Part shown: positions 1 to 8,976 of the stretch, in pieces | Layout of the letters: each line of letters starts with the position of its first letter | How positions within the stretch are numbered: position 1 is the first letter of the stretch | Assembly (NCBI GenBank): GCA_018238155.1 | Contig: JABCTZ010000006.1 | Span: 7,321-71,320 of the forward strand | DNA from: Candidatus Heimdallarchaeota archaeon | Lineage (GTDB): Archaea > Asgardarchaeota > Heimdallarchaeia > JABLTI01 | Direction of reading: 5' to 3' | DNA: 64,000 nt | Notes under the pieces: generated by a model | The model's database searches: none | What the model was told of the DNA's origin: nothing | What the model saw: only the letters and a program-made list of their open reading frames with translations | Made by a program: the position numbers and the translations under genes

Positions 1-2
1 AG

Positions 3-941
3 TGCATCGGACAGAAGACACTGAGTTTAATTGGGCAAAGAGCTTATGAAAGCAGAGCAAGATCTGAAAGCAAAATTGTGTGGACTAATCCATGGATACC
101 AAACCAACTAAATTTCACTCCAATTCAAAAATGGACCGCTCTACATGTTTGGTTATATATTTTCAAAGAAAAATTACCTTATAATCCGTTATATGAACGA
201 GGTTTTGCACGAATCGGGTGTTGGTTATGTCCCGCAAGTAATCAGGGAACGTTTGAAATAATCAAAGATGTTAGCCCAAATCTTTGGTCTGAATGGAATA
301 GTTTTCTAGAAAATTGGCGCGAAAAAAATGATTTGCCAAAAGAGTGGCTCACTTGGGGTTTGTGGCGTTGGAAGAAATTGCCAAAGAAAATGTTTGATCT
401 CGCAAATGAACAAAATATCATCTTGGATTATGAGAAGCGCGTTCAAAAAGAGCCTGGTGACTGGGATTTGCAGTTTCAATTGATAGAGGGTTTTGCTACT
501 TGTAAATCTGGTGACTTGATTTTTGAGGGAACCTTTGATTCAGCTCTAAATCTCACCCGTTTGCAACAATTCTGGGGAATATTCAGCGAAACTGATTATG
601 ATGAAAATCTAGGAATTTTGAGAGGTGTTACATCTGATGATACCTCAGTTACGCTTTCTGCAGATGGAGCTATAACTGCAAGTGGTAGAGATGCAAGAAA
701 GATTGAAGATTTTTTGAAAAAACTCATTCTAGAAGTTTTTCGATCTGAAGAATGCACCGGTTGTCGTGTTTGTATATCACATTGTCCTACAAAAGCAATT
801 GTTATGAATGAAGATTATAATCAAGTGGAAATTATTGAAGAGCTTTGTAATCAATGCGGTGACTGCCATAGAAAATGTCCAGTAATAAAATTCGGTCATA
901 CTGAAATTGAAACAATTTTCATAGAAGATGAGAAAGAGTAG
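3..941 (+). CDS. PAPS reductase/ATP-pyrophosphatase-family protein, C-terminal part, fused to a 2x[4Fe-4S] ferredoxin domain. The 5' end is truncated by the window edge.
   Basis: The frame stays open from nt 3 with no upstream stop (CIGQKTLSLIGQRAYESRARSE...). It has a PAPS-reductase-like GCWLCP motif. The C-terminus carries two CxxCxxCxxxCP motifs (CTGCRVCISHCP, CNQCGDCHRKCP). Confidence 0.7.
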   Translation, partial: CIGQKTLSLIGQRAYESRARSESKIVWTNPWIPNQLNFTPIQKWTALHVWLYIFKEKLPYNPLYERGFARIGCWLCPASNQGTFEIIKDVSPNLWSEWNSFLENWREKNDLPKEWLTWGLWRWKKLPKKMFDLANEQNIILDYEKRVQKEPGDWDLQFQLIEGFATCKSGDLIFEGTFDSALNLTRLQQFWGIFSETDYDENLGILRGVTSDDTSVTLSADGAITASGRDARKIEDFLKKLILEVFRSEECTGCRVCISHCPTKAIVMNEDYNQVEIIEELCNQCGDCHRKCPVIKFGHTEIETIFIEDEKE

Positions 942-983
942 TCCTAGATCACAACGATCTAGTCCTATTATTTATTGATAGTC

Positions 984-1325
984 TTATTTTGATTTAAGAA
1001 ACATGATTGCTTTTGCCATATCTCCATCACATTCAAGAAGAGCATTTTCAGCTTCGTCATCTGTAGCTCCTGTTTGTGAGGCAACTAATGCAACATCTTC
1101 ATCTGAAATTTCAATTTCAATAATTTCTACGTCAGTTCTATTTCTTTTTTTTGCATTTCCCGAAATTTGATATATTTCTTGACCCATATTCATTTTTGTA
1201 ACTTCTGCTCTTTGGATTGCTAGTTCATAGTCAGAAAAACGTATGATTACTTCTTCAACACCTTCGAGTTCCTGCATTTTCATTTTTTTCATCATTTTTT
1301 GAATATCACGTGGATTCATACCCAT
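984..1325 (-). CDS. nac: Nascent polypeptide-associated complex protein (archaeal NAC with a C-terminal UBA domain)
   Basis: 113 aa. The N-terminus MGMNPRDIQKMMKKMKMQ and the NAC beta-barrel segment (VIIRFSDYELAIQRAEVTKMNMGQEIYQISG) are present. The UBA-like tail reads DVALVASQTGATDDEAENALLECDGDMAKAIMFL. Confidence 0.9.
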   Translation of the reverse strand: MGMNPRDIQKMMKKMKMQELEGVEEVIIRFSDYELAIQRAEVTKMNMGQEIYQISGNAKKRNRTDVEIIEIEISDEDVALVASQTGATDDEAENALLECDGDMAKAIMFLKSK

Positions 1326-1479
1326 TTTATATCGCCTTTAAGTTTCGTCTTTTTCTAATTCCTACATCAAAGTTATTTCTATTTTTAGTTTTCCCTACTT
1401 ATGACTATCATTTTGAATATTTGTTTAAAAAAATCTGCAGAAGTAATTTTTCTCTATTATACTAGATGAATCTTTACTT

Positions 1480-1857
1480 CTAATATGATGCTACATCAAC
1501 ACGCCATTCATCATTGTCATCTTTATCTTTGACTACATGAATAGGTACTTGACCTGAACCTTGTTTCTTCCCTTCCTTATTCAAACGATGGAAGAAGAAT
1601 TTTATTTTATTATTCGAGCTCTGTCTTTCATCTTTAAGTTTGAACTTGTAAGAGTATTCCAGTTCATCAACATATTTTCTACCTGTTTTCCAATAAAAAT
1701 CCGGAGAAGAACCGTATCTGTCCGCTTGCTCTTGATGGAATTTTCGCATGGTTTTCAACCATTCGTCTCTATCGTCTTCCATGAGTAGCTTATAATGAAG
1801 AGTAGCGATTTCTTCGGGGTTCATCCCTGGTTTAACTTTATCACCCATGATAATCAA
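1480..1857 (-). CDS. Hypothetical small charged protein
   Basis: 125-aa ORF with no recognisable motif. The coding call rests only on ORF length in an AT-rich background and on compact spacing. Confidence 0.45.
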   Translation of the reverse strand: MIIMGDKVKPGMNPEEIATLHYKLLMEDDRDEWLKTMRKFHQEQADRYGSSPDFYWKTGRKYVDELEYSYKFKLKDERQSSNNKIKFFFHRLNKEGKKQGSGQVPIHVVKDKDDNDEWRVDVASY

Positions 1858-1918
1858 CTAAATTAATTATCAAAAAATAAACTAAAAACCTTTGCCATAA
1901 TGCATTTGTTGTGAAAAT

Positions 1919-3031
1919 TCATTCGAAAAATTGTCTAATTGATTTTTCGAGCGGTTGTTTCAATATCTTTGTTGGAGTTATTATACCAGTTATATTCTTT
2001 GCTGGAGTTATATCAAAAGCCGGATTGATATTTTGTGAAAATGGATGATGAATAATTCTTCTTTTCGCTTTTGTTTCATTTATTGCATCTACACTCATTG
2101 CTGTGCGAATTTCTTCTCCAGAGCGTTCTTCAATAATTACGTCTTTACCAGATGTGGTTTTTAAATCAAAAGTACTTCTTGGAGCAGCAACGTAAAATGG
2201 TATCTCATGTTCTTTACAGAGAACACTTAGAGTATATGTGCCAATTTTATTTGCAAAATCTCCATTGCTTACTATTCTATCTGCTCCAACAATGACCATA
2301 TCGATTTTACCTTGACTAATTAGATGACCTGCTGCTCCATCTGCATTTATGTAATGATTAATCCCTTCATTGTGTAATTCCCAAGCAGTTAGTCTTCCAC
2401 CCTGAATTCTAGGTCTTGTTTCATTGACATAAACAGTAATTTCTTTTCCAACTTCATTTGCCTTTCTGATTGGTGCTAATGCGGTTCCAAAATCGATAGT
2501 AGCTAGTGCTCCTGCGTTACAGATAGTCATTATTGTACACTTTTCTGGAATTAATTGATTGCCAATATCACCTATTCCTTTGCATTCCTCTAGTGTTTCC
2601 TTAGCAATGGATTCAACAGTTGCTTTAATCTGTTCGATATTTTCACTTACAGAAATTGATGAATCTAAAATTGATTCGATACGATTCAAAGTATTGAATA
2701 AATCAACAGCGGTAGGACGAGTTTTTGATAGTTCATTGGAAGCATTTTTCACAATCTTCTCAAGTTGGAGAAAATTTTCGATGATACCGGTATTCACTAC
2801 TTGTTGTAAACCAAATGCAGCAGTAACTCCAATTAAAGGCGCTCCACGTACAACCATTTCTTTAATTGCAAAACAAGTTTGTTTAAGATTACTAGCTTCG
2901 AAAATTTCAAATGAAAAAGGCAATTTTCGTTGATCGATCATATTGATTATTCCTTTCTCATTCCACCAAATAGATTGGAAATTTTTTGTCTCTTTGTTTA
3001 TAATAACTTTCAAATTTGAATAACCTACCAT
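1919..3031 (-). CDS. mtnA: S-methyl-5-thioribose-1-phosphate isomerase (eIF-2B alpha/beta/delta-like family)
   Basis: 370 aa. The N-terminal WWNEKGIINMIDQRKLPFSFEIFEA...AIKEMVVRGAPLIGVTAAFGL signature is typical of MtnA, as is VGADRI..NGDFANKIGTY. The start abuts the stop of the upstream gene (3032). Confidence 0.85.
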   Translation of the reverse strand: MVGYSNLKVIINKETKNFQSIWWNEKGIINMIDQRKLPFSFEIFEASNLKQTCFAIKEMVVRGAPLIGVTAAFGLQQVVNTGIIENFLQLEKIVKNASNELSKTRPTAVDLFNTLNRIESILDSSISVSENIEQIKATVESIAKETLEECKGIGDIGNQLIPEKCTIMTICNAGALATIDFGTALAPIRKANEVGKEITVYVNETRPRIQGGRLTAWELHNEGINHYINADGAAGHLISQGKIDMVIVGADRIVSNGDFANKIGTYTLSVLCKEHEIPFYVAAPRSTFDLKTTSGKDVIIEERSGEEIRTAMSVDAINETKAKRRIIHHPFSQNINPAFDITPAKNITGIITPTKILKQPLEKSIRQFFE

Positions 3032-3775
3032 TTACTCTTCATCTATTGGTAACTCACAAAAGATATAGGTGTTTTTCTCACCAACCTCATCACTGAATTT
3101 ATTCATAGATGGTTTCCACTTGTTTCCTATTCCTGCTAAAATAAAAATGCCCCCAACTTTTGCCATAGACTTCTTAACCAGCTCATACATCATTTCTAAG
3201 GTTGTACCAGTACGGCAACTATCTTCAATTATTAAAACTCGGTCATCCAAAGTTAGTAATCCTTTTGGGAGATTTAAGGACAAAAGTTCTCCTGTTGATT
3301 CCTGCGGATAATGAACTTTGATGAATTCCCTTACACCAAGGTCACGTGTCCGTTTTGCAATTGCAATATCAACACCCAATTCTGTTGCTAAATGAACACC
3401 CATAGGTAATCCTTCTGGTGCAACTACTCCAATTTTAGTGATACCTGCTTCTTTGAAATTATCTGCAACATATTGGGCTACGAGCTTAAGCAAAGAAGTA
3501 TTTCCTAATAACATAGTAGTATCAAAATATCCTCTGAAAAATACTAGCTGATCTTTTACTAGTTGTACAACATTGAGATTTTTTTTCGCTATAACAATTA
3601 TTTCATCCGCTCGTTCTGATGCAGGAAGAACATGACCTTTGATATATCTATTTAACACTACCTTGGAATAACCCATGATTGAACTTAATTGTTCGTATGA
3701 ATGATAACGCTTTAGCATCCTAAGGAGTTCAATCGAGCGAATTCTTTTTCTAATGTCATTCAGATAAGTTGTCAT
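3032..3775 (-). CDS. HTH domain fused to a phosphoribosyltransferase domain (PRTase-type putative regulator)
   Basis: The N-terminal helix-turn-helix reads YEQLSSIMGYSKVVLNRYIKG. The C-terminal PRPP-binding loop reads VLIIEDSCRTGTTL. Confidence 0.75.
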   Translation of the reverse strand: MTTYLNDIRKRIRSIELLRMLKRYHSYEQLSSIMGYSKVVLNRYIKGHVLPASERADEIIVIAKKNLNVVQLVKDQLVFFRGYFDTTMLLGNTSLLKLVAQYVADNFKEAGITKIGVVAPEGLPMGVHLATELGVDIAIAKRTRDLGVREFIKVHYPQESTGELLSLNLPKGLLTLDDRVLIIEDSCRTGTTLEMMYELVKKSMAKVGGIFILAGIGNKWKPSMNKFSDEVGEKNTYIFCELPIDEE

Positions 3776-3983
3776 AATTATCTCTCACTTGAGGTTATTT
3801 AAACTGGAATATTCTTTCACAGAAGATGAAGTTAAATTAACACTTTCATGTAAATAAATGAACTTGTTTGTATTAAATATTTATTCAAAATGGGGTTATT
3901 TTTTTACTTTTGGGAATCTTTTTTACTTCTAACGTTCCATATCAACCAATTTGATTTGCTATCATAAAGCTTGCTGTGATAAT

Positions 3984-5156
3984 ATGTTTGAAGAACAAGA
4001 GAAAATTTTGAAGGAAGAATTTCCACAATTACTTAATAGAGTTTGGTTGAACAGTTCTGCTTTTGTACCTCATGCAAAATCAGTTGTAAAAGCAATGCAT
4101 CAATTCATCAATTATATTCATGATCCAATTATTGGGGAAGCAGTAGATAACCACTTTCGAGCTGTTACAAATGATACTATGGTTGGTGCTTCAAAACTAT
4201 TCAATTGTAAATCAGATGACATTTCTTTAGTAATTAACACTGCTCACGGATTGAATTTTCCTTTACAGGGGATTGATTGGAACAAAGGAGATAATATTGT
4301 TACAAGTGAATTGGAGTTTCCAACAAATTACTACCCATGGAAGTATATTGCTAGAAGAAAAAGAGTTGAACTACGTGAAGCAAAGATAAATGAGAAAATA
4401 CAAATCAACGAAGATGAGATTATAGAACTGATTGACGATAAAACCAAACTAGTTGCTCTTTCATTGGTTCAATTTAATACTGGTCAAAGAGTTGATGCTA
4501 AGAGGATCACTAAAGTAGCACATGATCATGGGGCGTTAGTTGCATTTGATGCCATCCAAGCTTGTGGAGCAACTGAAGTTTATCCCAAGGATATTGGTGC
4601 TGATTTTCTCAGTGCAGGTGGTCCAAAATATTTGATGGCTCCATTAGGAATTGGTCTTTGTTATATAAGTCCGGAAGTAGTTGAATCAATGGAACCGCCA
4701 ATGCAAGGCACTGGTAATTATGATTTTACAGATGCTGATTGGATGAATAGAGAAAAACCTTATCACAAAGGAGCTAAGCGTTTTCAAAATGGTACAGTAC
4801 CGTTCTATTGTGTAGCTGGATTAGCTGCCTCATTGAAATTGATTAATTCGATTGGCATAAAAACAGTAGCGAAACACAATCACTCTCTAATAGAGCAACT
4901 GATAGAAGGCTTGGAAGAGCTTGATTTACAAATTATCACTCCTCATGAATCTTCACGAAGAGGTGTTCTGGTTTATGTTCGCGTTGTTGATAAAAGTAAA
5001 GATTTGAATAAAATTGTTGAAATGATGGAGGAAAAACACAAAGTAACTATTTCGGCGAGATTTGGCGGATTGCGATTCTCTGTTCATTTATACAATACAG
5101 AGGAAGATATTCAGAAGTGTCTTGTAGCTCTTAAAGATACATTGATGGAAATTTAA
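3984..5156 (+). CDS. Class V aminotransferase / cysteine desulfurase-like PLP enzyme
   Basis: Fold-type I class V pattern (FDAIQACGA, SAGGPKYLMAPLGIG with the putative PLP lysine). I chose the ATG at 3984 over the TTG at 3951 given in the ORF track. Confidence 0.75.
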   Translation: MFEEQEKILKEEFPQLLNRVWLNSSAFVPHAKSVVKAMHQFINYIHDPIIGEAVDNHFRAVTNDTMVGASKLFNCKSDDISLVINTAHGLNFPLQGIDWNKGDNIVTSELEFPTNYYPWKYIARRKRVELREAKINEKIQINEDEIIELIDDKTKLVALSLVQFNTGQRVDAKRITKVAHDHGALVAFDAIQACGATEVYPKDIGADFLSAGGPKYLMAPLGIGLCYISPEVVESMEPPMQGTGNYDFTDADWMNREKPYHKGAKRFQNGTVPFYCVAGLAASLKLINSIGIKTVAKHNHSLIEQLIEGLEELDLQIITPHESSRRGVLVYVRVVDKSKDLNKIVEMMEEKHKVTISARFGGLRFSVHLYNTEEDIQKCLVALKDTLMEI

Positions 5157-5283
5157 CTTCCCATCTCAATTATTTTTGTCGCTACATTTACTTACTTTTT
5201 TAAGTGCTTTAATGGATAATTCATTTATAGAGTCAGACATAATTAAGAATAGACTAACTGATTAACTTTAATGAGGTTCTGAG

Positions 5284-6192
5284 ATGAAACAAAAAGTCGA
5301 AATAAATACTATGATAGCTAGAAATGTCTATACATCAGAGTCATTAGATTTTGTTAAAAAAGTAATAGAAACTTTTTGTCATGATTCTATCCCAGAAAAA
5401 GCAAGTGAAATTCACCGTCAAAATAAAGCCAATCATTATACTGATGAATTTCGACTATATGGAACTAAAGAAAAGGGCATTAAATATCACTCATATTATA
5501 AGATTACAGAAACTAAACAAATTAAATCAAACATTTACACTCATTCTAATGAAACATTTGGTTATATCGATTTTTGGATAAAATTCACCATAAGTTCCCA
5601 CAATGGTCTTATTCTTGAAATAGATGTTAAGGACAAACAAAAAACAAAAGAAATTATTGAATTATTCGAAAAGAAATTTGGCTATAGTCGAGAACAAACA
5701 AAGGAAGAAGTATTTGATGAAATTATTCACGAGCTTCGAACTAGGGGTTCTGAACGGAATGGACAATATGGAATTGAAATGGGTTTAACAGCTATCAAAA
5801 TATATCCAAATGATTTCTGGGCACAATTCTATCTGGGTTTATCATATGCTTTAAATAATCGCCACAAAGAAGCTATCACTCATTTAGAGACTGCAACGAA
5901 AATTGATTCAAAAAGTTACGATGTTCTTTATAATTTAGCAAAGAGTTATTTTGATGTAGGTCAATTAGAAAAAGCTAAAAAAGTAATCATGAAAGCAAAG
6001 TCTCTAACTGAAAATAATCACGTAATCATCTATCATCTTGCATTAATTCTTGATAAAATGGATGATAAAGAGGCTGCAATAAAATATTACAAGAAGGCTT
6101 TGGAAACATCACCTGAGAAAAAAATAGATGATAAACGAACAAGTAAAAGTTTTCTAAAAGAAGCTCAAAAGCGATTAAAAGAATTAGAATAA
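5284..6192 (+). CDS. TPR-repeat protein with an uncharacterised N-terminal domain
   Basis: The C-terminal half has canonical 34-aa TPR hairpins (FWAQFYLGLSYALNNRHKEAITHLETATKIDS; YDVLYNLAKSYFDVGQLEKAKKVIMKA; IIYHLALILDKMDDKEAAIKYYKKALE). Confidence 0.75.
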   Translation: MKQKVEINTMIARNVYTSESLDFVKKVIETFCHDSIPEKASEIHRQNKANHYTDEFRLYGTKEKGIKYHSYYKITETKQIKSNIYTHSNETFGYIDFWIKFTISSHNGLILEIDVKDKQKTKEIIELFEKKFGYSREQTKEEVFDEIIHELRTRGSERNGQYGIEMGLTAIKIYPNDFWAQFYLGLSYALNNRHKEAITHLETATKIDSKSYDVLYNLAKSYFDVGQLEKAKKVIMKAKSLTENNHVIIYHLALILDKMDDKEAAIKYYKKALETSPEKKIDDKRTSKSFLKEAQKRLKELE

Positions 6193-6223
6193 AGAAAAAT
6201 AAATTGAAAGTGAGGAGATTGAT

Positions 6224-6622
6224 TTATTCAATTCCTCTGAGATCCTGATGTTGTAAGTACTTGTTTTGGACACTTTTACTTAAATCACCAATATTTGATG
6301 ATGATAAAACGCTTAATTCTGCTTTCACGCCGATTCGTTCTCCATTTGTTATTAGCATTCCAGATCTGCTTGCGGTGTCTGCACGTCTTCGTGCAGTTCT
6401 TTGTGTGACAATTCCTGAGCCTTTGGCATAAATCAATGTCCATTTGTTTTCTGATTTCTCAAATAACAATACTGCATCAGAACCATTTTGACTGGCATAT
6501 GTCTCCAATTTATTCGGTTCATTGCTAAGGTAAGTGAAATATTGTTCTGCAACGTCAGATTTCTCGATTTCTTTGAATTCGTCCTTATCTCTTGTGTAGA
6601 TAAAACAGTGTTTATTACTCAT
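6224..6622 (-). CDS. Hypothetical protein
   Basis: 132-aa ORF with no confidently recognisable motif. Confidence 0.45.
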   Translation of the reverse strand: MSNKHCFIYTRDKDEFKEIEKSDVAEQYFTYLSNEPNKLETYASQNGSDAVLLFEKSENKWTLIYAKGSGIVTQRTARRRADTASRSGMLITNGERIGVKAELSVLSSSNIGDLSKSVQNKYLQHQDLRGIE

Positions 6623-6814
6623 TGTAATTAGACTCCAAGTGGTTAATTTTTTAAGATCCTTTCAAATTGTTTTTCTGATAGATATCAAATGACTTTTGAT
6701 AAAATCATTGACGAAATACTAATTAGAAAATGACCTTTTTAACATATTGCTTTCGGTAAATTCGAACAACAAGAAATTCGCGGATGTTTTTTCTAGAAAA
6801 AAAGAACGCTAAAT

Positions 6815-7165
6815 TTACGGTTCTCTTTCAAGCTCAAAACTAGTAACTCTATTTCTACTCGCATCATAGCGAACTTTTTTGAAAGGCATATGTTTTTTCA
6901 AGTGGTTTTTAAGGCAGCTGTTCTGACAATGGAAGTATTCTTTATGCTCTTCACAATAGAATAGAATTTCTTGATCTATGAAAGGCTTTCCACAGCATAC
7001 ACAGATTTTATCTTGAATTTCAATATAGCACTTAAAATGAACAGTTAGCTTTTCAGTAAGGTGCACTAAGTCCTCTTTCTGTATCTTTTGATTGCACATT
7101 GAACAAACCATTTCCTGCTTTTCTTGTTCAAATGCAAGCTCTGTGTTTTCATTGTACAAATTCAT
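6815..7165 (-). CDS. Cys/His-rich zinc-finger protein (LIM-like spacing)
   Basis: 116 aa with the ligand pattern CxxC-x18-HxxC-x8-CxCC-x12-CxxH-x4-HCx3Cx3Hx3H. Confidence 0.6.
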   Translation of the reverse strand: MNLYNENTELAFEQEKQEMVCSMCNQKIQKEDLVHLTEKLTVHFKCYIEIQDKICVCCGKPFIDQEILFYCEEHKEYFHCQNSCLKNHLKKHMPFKKVRYDASRNRVTSFELEREP

Positions 7166-7449
7166 TCACCTACCTAACATTGTCTTGTATTCACGCCAAT
7201 TATATGATAAATTAGTCTTTATTTATTAAAGAGAACTGGGTTGGGAGACGACCGAATATATTCAGTAATTTCTAATCCTAAAATGAAATATTACCAAAAG
7301 AATATAAGGAAACATTTTCGACTTTAGTAAATATCTGATAAGGTAGAGTTGAAACTGAGTTCAGCTATATCATAGTCTTCGCAAAGATTTTTAAGCGAAC
7401 TATTAACGCTTGAATATCAGAATAAAAAAGAATATTGGTGAAACAAGAA

Positions 7450-7893
7450 ATGCCAGGTAGTAAAAGCCCCAGAGGCGAGTTCGCAGGACGCCAAATCAAA
7501 AATAAAAGAAAGAAATTCCGTTGGAAGGATATTTATTACAAGAGAAAAATGTTAGGTTTAGATAAGAAAACCGATCCTCTTGCAGCTGCTCCTCAAGCAT
7601 CTGGAATTGTAGTAGAAAAATACGGTGTTGAATCTAAGCAACCAAATTCAGCTCTTCGTAAATGTGTCCGAGTTCAATTAATCAAGAACGGAAAGCAAAT
7701 TGGTGCCTTTGTACCTCTAGATGGTGGGTTAACCCACATAGCTGAACACGATAGAGTTGTCGTAGAAGGCATTGGTGGTCCAAAAGGGGGCGCAAAAGGA
7801 GATCTTCCAGGAATCAAATGGCGTGTTACAAAAGTAAATGGTGTTTCGCTCACAAGTTTGATTTACGGAAAGAAAGAGAAACCCGTAAGATAG
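7450..7893 (+). CDS. rps12: 30S ribosomal protein uS12
   Basis: [27 protein letters not shown]... and [22 protein letters not shown] are canonical archaeal S12. I preferred the ATG at 7450 to the TTG at 7435. Confidence 0.95.
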   Translation: MPGSKSPRGEFAGRQIKNKRKKFRWKDIYYKRKMLGLDKKTDPLAAAPQASGIVVEKYGVESKQPNSALRKCVRVQLIKNGKQIGAFVPLDGGLTHIAEHDRVVVEGIGGPKGGAKGDLPGIKWRVTKVNGVSLTSLIYGKKEKPVR

Positions 7894-7903
7894 GTGAAAT
7901 GAA

Positions 7904-8920
7904 ATGCCTAAAGATAAGAAAGACAAAAAGGTAGCTACTAAAGAAAAAGTAGACAAAAAAGAAAAATCTGCTAAGAAGAAGGAAGCTTCCAAAAAAGAAG
8001 ATAAGAAAGCTCTAAAGAAAGAGAAAGCAGCTGCAGAAACAAAGAAAGATAAGAAGAAAACAAAGGATGCTCTAAAGAAAGATAAGAAGAAAACAAAGGA
8101 TGCTCCAAAGAAAGAAGAAAAGAAGGCTCCTAAAAAAGAGAAAGCAGCAGCTAAGGTCGCTCCAAAAGAGACTTCTCCTAAACAAGAAGAGAAGAAACCT
8201 ATAGCAACCAAAAAAGAGGAAGTTAAACCTGCAGTAGCAGATAAAGAAGAAAAACCAAAAGCTACCAAAAAAGAAGAAGCGCCAAAGACAGCTCCAAAGA
8301 AACAACCTAAAGAAGAAAAGGTTGAAGAAGAAAAGCAAGAGGTTTTACCAAATTATGATCATATCAAACTTTTCAATAAATGGAGTTACAACGAAATCGA
8401 AATTATGGATCCCGGACTTAAAGCATATATTAGTCTTCGTCCAGTAATTATCCCTCATACAGGTGGCAGATACGCACATCGAAGATTCAAGAAAGCTGAA
8501 ATGCCTATTGTTGAACGACTTGTCAACAAATTAATGAAAACAAAGAAGGGAACTGGTAAGAAAGTAAGAATGATTAAAGCTGTTAGAATTGCTTTTGAAA
8601 TAATCAATTTACAAACTGGAAAAAATCCTCTTCAAGTTCTAATTGATGCAATTCAAAAAACATCTCCTAGAGAAGAAGTTACTAGAATAACTTACGGAGG
8701 GATGGCTCAATTACAATCAGTCGATGTAGCACCTATGAGAAGAATTGATATTTCTTTGACAAACATTGTTGAAGGTGTATACAAGAAATCATTCAATAAT
8801 ATTCTTTCTTCAGAAGAAATTCTTGCAAAAGAATTAATTGATGCTTCTGAGAACAAAACATCAAGCTTTGCAGTTAGTAAAATGCAAGAAATTGAGCGTG
8901 TCGCTCTAAGTGCTAGATAA
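7904..8920 (+). CDS. rps7: 30S ribosomal protein uS7 with a ~150-aa Lys/Glu/Ala/Pro-rich N-terminal extension
   Basis: The conserved uS7 core starts near aa 150 (IKLFNKWSYNEIEIMDPGLKAYISLRPVIIPHTGGRYAHRRFKKAEMPIVERL). A GGTGA Shine-Dalgarno-like motif sits 6 nt upstream of the ATG at 7904. There is no in-frame ATG, GTG or TTG between aa 1 and the core. Confidence 0.9.
   Translation: MPKDKKDKKVATKEKVDKKEKSAKKKEASKKEDKKALKKEKAAAETKKDKKKTKDALKKDKKKTKDAPKKEEKKAPKKEKAAAKVAPKETSPKQEEKKPIATKKEEVKPAVADKEEKPKATKKEEAPKTAPKKQPKEEKVEEEKQEVLPNYDHIKLFNKWSYNEIEIMDPGLKAYISLRPVIIPHTGGRYAHRRFKKAEMPIVERLVNKLMKTKKGTGKKVRMIKAVRIAFEIINLQTGKNPLQVLIDAIQKTSPREEVTRITYGGMAQLQSVDVAPMRRIDISLTNIVEGVYKKSFNNILSSEEILAKELIDASENKTSSFAVSKMQEIERVALSAR
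8042..8107 (+). repeat. 33-nt tandem duplication (2 copies, 1 mismatch) inside the uS7 extension
   Basis: aagaaagataagaagaaaacaaaggatgctcTa is followed directly by aagaaagataagaagaaaacaaaggatgctcCa. These encode KKDKKKTKDAL and KKDKKKTKDAP. Confidence 0.9.
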
Positions 8921-8941
8921 TTGATTCAGAAAGAAATCTCG

Positions 8942-8962
8942 TGCCCAGAAAGGGCATTTTTT
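8942..8962 (+). terminator. Hairpin plus T-run after rps7
   Basis: tgccc-agaaa-gggca is followed by tttttt. It lies between the convergent genes rps7 and the CPBP protease. Confidence 0.45.
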
Positions 8963-8976
8963 ATTCTTTTTCATTC

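Noticed and set aside
6224-6622. Profilin or ADF/cofilin-like identity for the 132-aa hypothetical protein
   Set aside because: Only a vague resemblance in one strand-loop segment (DAVLLFEKSENKWTLIYAKGSG) and no convincing colinear motif match, so I kept it as hypothetical.
7729-8338. Two long minus-strand ORFs (179 aa and 88 aa) rich in F/S/L, overlapping rps12/rps7
   Set aside because: They are antisense to the Lys-codon (AAG/AAA) repeat of the uS7 extension, which reads as Phe/Leu/Ser on the other strand. This is a low-complexity artefact, and the plus strand carries unmistakable ribosomal protein sequence.
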